This document shows, in pieces, positions 8,658 through 14,931 of a DNA stretch of 32,000 nucleotides. The position numbers and the translations under genes were made by a program. The stretch covers positions 1 through 32,000 of the forward strand of contig JANXDI010000012.1 in NCBI GenBank assembly GCA_025059595.1, given 5' to 3'. How positions within the stretch are numbered: position 1 is the first letter of the stretch; every line of letters starts with the position of its first letter. Source of the DNA: Candidatus Calditenuaceae archaeon (GTDB lineage Archaea; Thermoproteota; Nitrososphaeria_A; Caldarchaeales; Calditenuaceae). The notes beneath the pieces are model-generated. The model was not told the DNA's origin and did not search any database. It was given only the letters and a program-made list of their open reading frames with translations.

Positions 8658-10007
8658 GTGAAGAGAGGCGGAGACGGCTGGAGGACGGTGGCCACGCTTG
8701 CCCTAATAGTCTCCTTAGGGTTCGCGATACGCTTCACCATCTGGATATACCCAATGTATGGTGTTCAGAGCCTACTAATCTTCGACACGGGTTCTTACCC
8801 CATCTTCGGGCTGGCCTACATTCACGCGATAACCACGATGAACTTCACAGCACTCACCAGCATAAACCCGGGCGTCCCACCCATCGGCATGCTCCTCACA
8901 GGCCTATCAACGCAGACGTTTGGAGAGCTTATCGGCCCGATCCAAGCCAGCCTCATCCCACCTGTCACGGCCTCAGCCCTCACAGCAATCCCAGCCTACC
9001 TCATCGCCAAGAGATATGCGGGGAGGGCGGCCCTTCTGGCCCCGGCCCTCGTGTCGTTCGACCCATTCCTAATCCAATTCTCCGCAACGTACCTCGACTC
9101 CATCGGTACGCTTTTCGCAGCGGCGTCGGCCGCCTACGTCATCGATTCGAGTAGCAGAAGGTCCTTCAGTCTCGCCATCTTCTTCGCCACCCTCGCAGCT
9201 CTGACAAAACTCTCGTTCACCATCTTCACGGCGATATTCGCGCTCCTCCTACTCCTCAACAAGGAGCTCACTGCGAGGAGGGCTATCCTCTACCTGCTTA
9301 TTCCGCCAGCCTCGCTGGTCCTCAGCCCCGGTGTCTGGAGACCCTCCAACATCGGGGCCATAGTCGAGGGGCATCTCGCCTTTAACAACGTGCCTCTTGC
9401 GCCTCTCCTCAGCCCATTCGTCATAGACGTCCCACTATCCCTACCTTGGCACATCCTCTCATACCTCGGAATGGGTCAAGTCTCATGGAACACTCTGCCG
9501 CACGTAACGCCGCTGGCCGTCCTCCTGATGGTGGCCTACCAAGCCGCGAGAAATGAGTTGCGGATACCTCGTGGCGCCGCGATTCCAGCCTCGGCGATAG
9601 TCTTGGCAATCTTCCTGCTGCCGAGGGGCTACTGGACCTACAGCTGGGCCGGGGGCGCCGTTCAGGGGGTTCTGGCGCGCCAGTTCTATCCCTACTACTT
9701 CTACCCTGTAGGCCCCTTCCTAGCAGTCTTAGCGGCGGCAGTCTTCGCATCCGACGCAGGCCACAGACCCGCGGGCAGACTCGCGACCTACCCCGCACTG
9801 CTGGCCGCCCTCGTCTCGCCGCTAGCCGTGGTGATGAGCTTCGGCCTCCCCTACTGGGACTTCATCTTCAACCTAATCTACAGCGCCTCGCAGGGAAGCT
9901 GGATGGCGGAGGGGATAGCGGCCGCGGGCATCACCACGGCCATTCTCGCCGCGGTCTTAGCGGCAGCCGAGCTGATACACAGACGGGCACAACGAATAGG
10001 GGGTTAG
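8658..10007 (+). CDS. polytopic membrane protein, putative GT-C fold glycosyltransferase (ArnT/PMT-like)
   Basis: 449 aa with about 11-12 TM helices. The first extracytoplasmic loop carries an acidic/aromatic motif (LLIFDTGSYPIF) in the position of the GT-C DE/DxD loop. It is adjacent to the GT2 and EamA genes. Family assignment is inferential. Confidence 0.5.
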   Translation: MKRGGDGWRTVATLALIVSLGFAIRFTIWIYPMYGVQSLLIFDTGSYPIFGLAYIHAITTMNFTALTSINPGVPPIGMLLTGLSTQTFGELIGPIQASLIPPVTASALTAIPAYLIAKRYAGRAALLAPALVSFDPFLIQFSATYLDSIGTLFAAASAAYVIDSSSRRSFSLAIFFATLAALTKLSFTIFTAIFALLLLLNKELTARRAILYLLIPPASLVLSPGVWRPSNIGAIVEGHLAFNNVPLAPLLSPFVIDVPLSLPWHILSYLGMGQVSWNTLPHVTPLAVLLMVAYQAARNELRIPRGAAIPASAIVLAIFLLPRGYWTYSWAGGAVQGVLARQFYPYYFYPVGPFLAVLAAAVFASDAGHRPAGRLATYPALLAALVSPLAVVMSFGLPYWDFIFNLIYSASQGSWMAEGIAAAGITTAILAAVLAAAELIHRRAQRIGG

Positions 10008-10023
10008 GCGGCTTAAGCACGCA

Positions 10024-11328
10024 TTAAGGAGCCTGCGAGGCAAGAGGTGCTCTGCAGGCCGTCATGACGTTTCCTCCCTCAACCCACCACTTACAGACGT
10101 AGACCACCCCTAATATCTCAGGAGAGCGGAAGTCAAACCGCCCGTAGTTGTCGCGAGTTATGAGGCCCTGCGCCCCATCCAGTCTAATCCTGTAGATGAA
10201 GAAGCCTCCATAATCCTTCTTACTCGTGCCAGGGTCCGTGACTTCTATCGTGAAGAAGCCCAAGTAAGAGGTCCCTGGCGAGAGAGTCGGGATGCTCTGG
10301 CTCAGAGGCGAGGCATTCAAAGTAATATTATTAAACGATACAAACTCTAAAACAACATTAACGTTTCTCAGAGGCTCCGTTATGTTCCCAAGCGTTACAA
10401 TGTAGGGTATCGTAACATTGACCTCCAAGTCGCTCCCATTCATCAGGACCATCATGTTCCTCTGAAGCGTCATGACTTGGAGCGGAATCGGCCTCGGCGG
10501 GTCAAGCCTCACACCGACATCAACATGGACCACTACGTGGCTGCTGGCTACGACTCTTACCGGGTTGGGTGATACGTTGGCGCAGGAGCCGCCCGTCAAA
10601 TACGGGCACTGGAGGGCCCGCACCTCGTAGACGCCTGGCGCGATGTTGAACGCGAATACGTCGCTCAGGTCTTCGACCCTCGACACGAGCCTGCTCATTA
10701 CCGCCTTTTCCCTACAACCTGTCGCGAACTCCTCGCCCCTTACGGAGACGCATCCCCTTGTCATGTTGACGTTCACGTCGTCCTTCACGACAGACACCTC
10801 AACCTCGTATCTGTGACCTAGGCTTACGTTGCTTAACTGAACCATCAGGAGGTAGGGTAGCTTGTTCGGCCCGATTGGCTCCCCTGACACAAAGCTATTC
10901 CCCCTAAGGGTTGGGGCCCTCAAGACAACCACCTCGTTAGGCTCCAGATAGTAGTTTAGAGGCTTCATCAGAATGGCGCCGGGAGGAAGCTTATATTGCT
11001 CGTCGACAACCTGGAGGCCGAACCTGTTACTCTCGATATAGAGCGTAGGCACTGTAATCTCTATCGGCCCCCTATTCATCATCGTCAAGTATAGAGCCCT
11101 CTTTTGGAATGGGTGGAGCTCGGGGGGCTGCATCGTCAGAGTTATCTCCAGCTCCTCGTTAAGCTTCTCCACCTCGAACTGAAGCCTCCTCGAGACCTCA
11201 TCCATGAAGAGGGTCTGGAGCTGCTGAATATAGAGCCACATCGGAATCATGACGGTGAAAAATATCATCACCGCAACCGCCGTCCCAACCACCGCGGAGA
11301 TACCTGCCGACCTACTGCGACGCCCCAT
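10024..11328 (-). CDS. large pilin-like surface protein (class III signal peptide), 434 aa
   Basis: MGRRSRSAG|ISAVVGTAVAVMIFFTVMIPMW prepilin-like N-terminus, then the module LYLTMMNRGPIEITVPTLYI that resembles the first beta domain of the small pilin. 8 N-x-S/T sequons and 6 Cys in three close pairs. ATG lies 1 nt after the upstream stop. Confidence 0.7.
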   Translation of the reverse strand: MGRRSRSAGISAVVGTAVAVMIFFTVMIPMWLYIQQLQTLFMDEVSRRLQFEVEKLNEELEITLTMQPPELHPFQKRALYLTMMNRGPIEITVPTLYIESNRFGLQVVDEQYKLPPGAILMKPLNYYLEPNEVVVLRAPTLRGNSFVSGEPIGPNKLPYLLMVQLSNVSLGHRYEVEVSVVKDDVNVNMTRGCVSVRGEEFATGCREKAVMSRLVSRVEDLSDVFAFNIAPGVYEVRALQCPYLTGGSCANVSPNPVRVVASSHVVVHVDVGVRLDPPRPIPLQVMTLQRNMMVLMNGSDLEVNVTIPYIVTLGNITEPLRNVNVVLEFVSFNNITLNASPLSQSIPTLSPGTSYLGFFTIEVTDPGTSKKDYGGFFIYRIRLDGAQGLITRDNYGRFDFRSPEILGVVYVCKWWVEGGNVMTACRAPLASQAP

Positions 11329-11329
11329 C

Positions 11330-11857
11330 TCAGTTAGCCACCCCCGTCCTCGTAACCGTTATCGTGATAACCAACGTTGTGGTAGTGGTTGAGGTGACTA
11401 CCGTCGTCGTCGGGACAGTTGTGGTTCGGGCGTCAGACGTAGTTGAGACGATTGTCGTGACGGTGGTTGTGGGAGTGGTCACGGTGGTAGTAACGTAGAT
11501 GAAGGCCGTGGTCCGTGTGGTGGAAATAGTATAAACTGTCACCCATTGAGTAATCGTGGTCGTTGAAGTGATGCGCGTAGTGGAAAATGTAGTTGATGCG
11601 CTGGTTACTGTCCGTGTTCCACTTGTAAGAGTCGTGGTTGTGAACCTCGTTGTATAGCTAGTGACAGTTCTCGTGCCCTCGGTTAAGGTCGTCGTCGAGG
11701 ACGTTGTTACCCAGCTCGTGGTCGTGGTGGTTGTTGTCGTGGTGGTCGTGACAACCCTGAAGGTCTGGGCCAACCCAGAGAGGCTCAACGTAAGAAGCAC
11801 GATAACAGCTAGCGCAAGAGCTAGTGCCTTCCCGCCGCGCCTTACTCCCTTATCCAT
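11330..11857 (-). CDS. secreted Thr-rich low-complexity protein, 175 aa
   Basis: ATG start with a Sec-like signal peptide (KALALALAVIVLLTLSLSGLA|QT), followed by about 140 aa dominated by Thr/Val/Ser. This includes an 11-Thr run and an internal repeat TLTEGTRTVTSYTTRFTTT / TLTSGTRTVTSASTTFSTT. It overlaps the upstream gene by 16 nt. Confidence 0.65.
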   Translation of the reverse strand: MDKGVRRGGKALALALAVIVLLTLSLSGLAQTFRVVTTTTTTTTTTTSWVTTSSTTTLTEGTRTVTSYTTRFTTTTLTSGTRTVTSASTTFSTTRITSTTTITQWVTVYTISTTRTTAFIYVTTTVTTPTTTVTTIVSTTSDARTTTVPTTTVVTSTTTTTLVITITVTRTGVAN

Positions 11858-12426
11858 GAATTAACCCACCTCCTAATTAGAGGATACACAACTAGCGGCC
11901 CTAGGGAAAGATAGAGCATTACCTGCCAGCCGAGCGGCCACCAATGAGGCACGAATATAAACGCTTCACCTGAGCCCTGACCACTACCACCCCCCACAGT
12001 CGTCGTGCTCGTCGTCCTGCTCGTTACAGTCGACGTGACATACACCGTAGAAGTGAACGTGCTTGTCAATGTCCTCGTGGTGGTGAAAGTCGTGGAGACC
12101 GATGTGACTGTGTTGGTTATAGTCGGGCTAAAAGACGTGCGAACCACAGTCACTACACTGGTTATCGTAGAAGTTCGAGTAGCGGTGAAGCTCGTCGTGG
12201 TGCGTATCACGATATGTGTTCCGGTTGATACGACCACGGTGGTTACCCTAGTCACTGTCTCTGGAACTGTTCGCGTCGTTGAGGGGGTTACTGTTGTGGA
12301 CGTAGATACGATGGTCGAGACGGTTGTAGTGGTTGTCCGCGGAATGGTCGTCGTAGTGACTCTTGTAGTGGTCATAGTCACGGTCTCCGTGACCGTTGAC
12401 GTTGTTGTGGTGGTGATTATAGGGGT
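11333..12426 (-). repeat. extreme Thr-codon (ACN) low-complexity coding region spanning two adjacent genes
   Basis: The plus strand is strongly G/T-rich (GTN/NGT). The minus strand encodes T/V/S/R-rich sequence in residues 381-524 of the 574-aa protein (11995-12426) and residues 36-175 of the 175-aa protein (11333-11752). Confidence 0.85.
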
Positions 12427-13566
12427 GACATCCATGGTCCTCACAACAACTCTGCCGATGTCGAAGACATATACGGGCGTGTCGAGCACAACGCTGTACT
12501 GGTTGATAATCAGGGAAAGGCCGCCCATCAATATCTGGACCCTGAGAATGCCCCGAGCGATCAGCACGTTGTTGCAGTCGTATATCTCGACAACAAGCTC
12601 GTAGTCACCGTCCTCCCAGAAGCCAATCGAGAGGATCATCTCATCGATTCTCATATTATTGAGATTAAGCCGCATTTTGGAGTAGTCGATGTAGTTTCCG
12701 AAGCTGCTCGGGAATCCCCAGCTTTGGGGGAGTATTGTGACGTCTGGCATGAGGGATTGAATCTCGACTACTAGAGGTGTCCGGAGACCGCCCCTATCGA
12801 GCTGGACGTAAACCTCTTGTGGTAGGTCGCCGGTTACTCTCGCAGTCCCCCTAGCAACCACTCCATTCGCATCCGTGACTGTTACTTGGAAGTCGTAGGA
12901 GGCCATTCTTCTGCTGGCGTTGAGCAGCCTGACTTTGATGAAGTCTGTTGTGACTCCGTAGATGTTCTCCTCCTTGGGGTCCACCAGCTCTATCAGGAGC
13001 CAGTGGTTTGTTGGGAGTTCGCAACCACTTGCTAGACCATAGCGCGGCTCAGAGGCCTCGAAGGTCGCTACCTTGAAGAGAAGCGTCTCGCTGTCCGGCT
13101 TGGAGAGGGCCGGGTTGTCAGGGTCGTAGAGCTGCTCCGGAATGTAGTGGACTTGAACGAGTATTCTGTCGCCCGGAGAGCAGACGCTACCGGGGCATCT
13201 GAAGGCTAAGGCTGTTCTCTCATTTACCGGGATTCTGGCGTGGTCGTCTATCCCGGAATCATAGACCACGGTGCCATTCTTTATGGTGAGTATTCTGAAG
13301 ACGATGACCGGCTCCCTGCCCGTGTTTCTTAGAAGCATGACGCCCCTGTCGGCTCCGCCAAAGATTTTATCAGGATAGTAGACATATTCTGCGCCTATGT
13401 TAGACCTGAGGATTAGCGCCTGGTCGCCCAGCTGTCTAACCTCCTCCTGACGCCAGACTCCCGCATAGCTACTTAGAAAGACCCACAGGGCTATACCGGC
13501 GGACAAGACCGCCGCAAGTATCAACACAGTCGAAACGATCTCGCTGTATCCTCTTTTCCGCCTCAT
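11842..13566 (-). CDS. large pilin-like surface protein with Thr-rich stalk and C-terminal hydrophobic anchor, 574 aa
   Basis: MRRKRG|YSEIVSTVLILAAVLSAGIALW class III-like signal. A body of about 340 aa is colinear with the upstream 386-aa protein. This is followed by a 144-aa Thr/Val/Ser/Arg region, a GGGSGQGSGE linker and a hydrophobic tail WWPLGWQVMLYLSLGPLVVYPLIRRW. Confidence 0.75.
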   Translation of the reverse strand: MRRKRGYSEIVSTVLILAAVLSAGIALWVFLSSYAGVWRQEEVRQLGDQALILRSNIGAEYVYYPDKIFGGADRGVMLLRNTGREPVIVFRILTIKNGTVVYDSGIDDHARIPVNERTALAFRCPGSVCSPGDRILVQVHYIPEQLYDPDNPALSKPDSETLLFKVATFEASEPRYGLASGCELPTNHWLLIELVDPKEENIYGVTTDFIKVRLLNASRRMASYDFQVTVTDANGVVARGTARVTGDLPQEVYVQLDRGGLRTPLVVEIQSLMPDVTILPQSWGFPSSFGNYIDYSKMRLNLNNMRIDEMILSIGFWEDGDYELVVEIYDCNNVLIARGILRVQILMGGLSLIINQYSVVLDTPVYVFDIGRVVVRTMDVTPIITTTTTSTVTETVTMTTTRVTTTTIPRTTTTTVSTIVSTSTTVTPSTTRTVPETVTRVTTVVVSTGTHIVIRTTTSFTATRTSTITSVVTVVRTSFSPTITNTVTSVSTTFTTTRTLTSTFTSTVYVTSTVTSRTTSTTTVGGGSGQGSGEAFIFVPHWWPLGWQVMLYLSLGPLVVYPLIRRWVNSWIRE

Positions 13567-13567
13567 G

Positions 13568-14698
13568 TTAATACTCCTCCACCAGCACGTCTATGCGCGC
13601 TATATCCATCAATAGGATTGGGGGTACGTCAACGAACACTGAGTCTGTGAAGATGCCCCTCGGTACGTTCGTAATTACGAACCTAGATGTGATTAGCTCG
13701 CCGTTACAGTCGTACAGGTTTACGGTTATCCTGTATCTTCCACCCACTAGGTCGTTGACGCCCAGCTCAACCTCAACCACGTCAACCATCTTCTCAGCAT
13801 TTGACCATAGAGTCACTCCCGAGGCATGAGCCTTCCAAGGTATTCCTCCTAGCCTCCACTCACGCTGAAGCACGTTAAACCCGGCAGCCAGAACATGGAT
13901 GCGGAGGGGGGTCTGAAATCCTCCGAAACTGCCTGTGAAACTATACATCTCGTTGCCGATGGTAGGCACGTTGCGTGTAGCGAATCCGTAGGCGCCGGAC
14001 GCGTTGATGACTTGTATATCAACTGAGACTGTGGCACTTGAGGATGCGTAGGGAAATCTGGCATGGATTCTGTTGTTAGGTTGCGACGGAATCTTTCCCG
14101 TGTCACTATATGTGACTGGGTCTATCACATCCACCGTCATCCAGTTGGGGGGTAAGGGGCATCTAGCCGCTACTCCGCCTGGCGGATAGACAAAGACCGT
14201 CTCAACATATCGCATCTCATCCGCAGACAGGACTGGATTCTCCTCGTTAAACAGGGCGGAGGCGACATACCAGACCCTCAGCCTCAGAGTCTCCAAAGGA
14301 AGGCATGTGGCGCAGAGGGGTATAACGCCTCCGCTTAGTGTGGCATTTCCGCTGGGGAGTAGCTCGGCCAGCTCGGTGAAGCCGGTCGACGGATACGAGG
14401 CTTTTAGTGCTCCTCCCGGGGTCAATATCTCTATTCTAGTGACTATGACTGGCACATCCGCTATGTTTCGGAGAATGATGCTTCTCTCCCTGCTTGTGAA
14501 GTTAACAGCCTCGAAGGAGAGCTGGGCCGATGTCTTGACTAGGAGTATAGCCCTGTTAGCCTCGTTGGTGGAGGATTGGAGCGTGGCGCCAAGCCACCCG
14601 GAGGCCACGCCGAGGATGAATATTCCCATGCCTACCGTTAGGGCGGCCAAGATAACAGCCCCTATAGTAGTGTCTCCATTACTCCTCCCCCTCGTCAT
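13568..14698 (-). CDS. large pilin-like surface protein, paralog of the 574-aa protein
   Basis: With ATG 14698 the N-terminus is MTRGRSNG|DTTIGAVILAALTVGMGIFILG, a short basic leader plus hydrophobic helix. The ORF extends to GTG 14728. Colinear motifs shared with the downstream paralog include RYRITVNLYDCNGELITSRFVI vs DYELVVEIYDCNNVLIARGILRV and CPLPPNWMTVDVIDP vs CELPTNHWLLIELVDP. Confidence 0.75.
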   Translation of the reverse strand: MTRGRSNGDTTIGAVILAALTVGMGIFILGVASGWLGATLQSSTNEANRAILLVKTSAQLSFEAVNFTSRERSIILRNIADVPVIVTRIEILTPGGALKASYPSTGFTELAELLPSGNATLSGGVIPLCATCLPLETLRLRVWYVASALFNEENPVLSADEMRYVETVFVYPPGGVAARCPLPPNWMTVDVIDPVTYSDTGKIPSQPNNRIHARFPYASSSATVSVDIQVINASGAYGFATRNVPTIGNEMYSFTGSFGGFQTPLRIHVLAAGFNVLQREWRLGGIPWKAHASGVTLWSNAEKMVDVVEVELGVNDLVGGRYRITVNLYDCNGELITSRFVITNVPRGIFTDSVFVDVPPILLMDIARIDVLVEEY

Positions 14699-14753
14699 AC
14701 GCCGTCGACGGCCGCCCAGTATAACCACCTTCTAAAGCCTATGAACCTAACAG

Positions 14754-14763
14754 CTATATAACT
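14754..14763 (-). promoter_or_regulatory. TATA box for the pilin-like operon
   Basis: CTATATAACT (AGTTATATAG on the minus strand) lies about 26-35 nt upstream of GTG 14728, within an AT-rich divergent intergenic region. Confidence 0.45.
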
Positions 14764-14812
14764 ATTTTATTGATTTTAAACCTGTTAACGTGTTGGCTAT
14801 TGATAATCGCAT

Positions 14813-14827
14813 TTACCGACCCGGTAA
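14813..14827. promoter_or_regulatory. perfect inverted repeat TTACCG-N3-CGGTAA, candidate operator
   Basis: Read directly: ttaccg acc cggtaa. It lies between the two divergent TATA-like elements. Confidence 0.25.
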
Positions 14828-14900
14828 CATTTTCGCACACCTGGTTAGGTTAATTATAACTATTGGCCATAGCTGTTCGGTTCATTAGAAAGCTAAAGAT

Positions 14901-14912
14901 TCTTATATCATT
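14901..14912 (+). promoter_or_regulatory. TATA box candidate for the membrane/zinc-ribbon gene
   Basis: TCTTATATCATT lies about 25 nt upstream of in-frame GTG 14932. The stretch 14863-14930 is AT-rich and unlikely to be coding. Confidence 0.35.
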
Positions 14913-14931
14913 AAAAGACCTTCATCTAATA

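Noticed and set aside
9421-9798. 125-aa Arg/Pro-rich minus-strand ORF inside the GT-C-like gene (similar ORFs at 26434-26912, 27513-27764 and 15280-15529)
   Set aside because: Arg/Pro-rich antisense translations of GC-rich coding sequence. No independent support.
11842-11857. Possibility that the 574-aa and 175-aa Thr-rich ORFs are one gene split by a frameshift or use programmed frameshifting
   Set aside because: The 175-aa ORF has its own ATG and a convincing signal peptide. The 574-aa ORF ends with a complete hydrophobic anchor plus basic tail. A 16-nt overlap is ordinary operon coupling. This cannot be fully excluded without proteomics.
11333-12426. Repetitive DNA checked as a possible CRISPR array or tandem DNA repeat
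   Set aside because: There is no repeat-spacer periodicity and the repetition is compositional at the codon level. I did not notice a CRISPR-like array anywhere else in the window.
12005-12604. 199-aa Val-rich plus-strand ORF (and the similar 11661-11864 ORF) opposite the Thr-rich region
   Set aside because: Mirror artefact: runs of ACN Thr codons read as NGT/GTN (Val/Gly) on the other strand and lack stops. The minus-strand genes have proper starts, signal peptides and operon coupling, and these ORFs do not.
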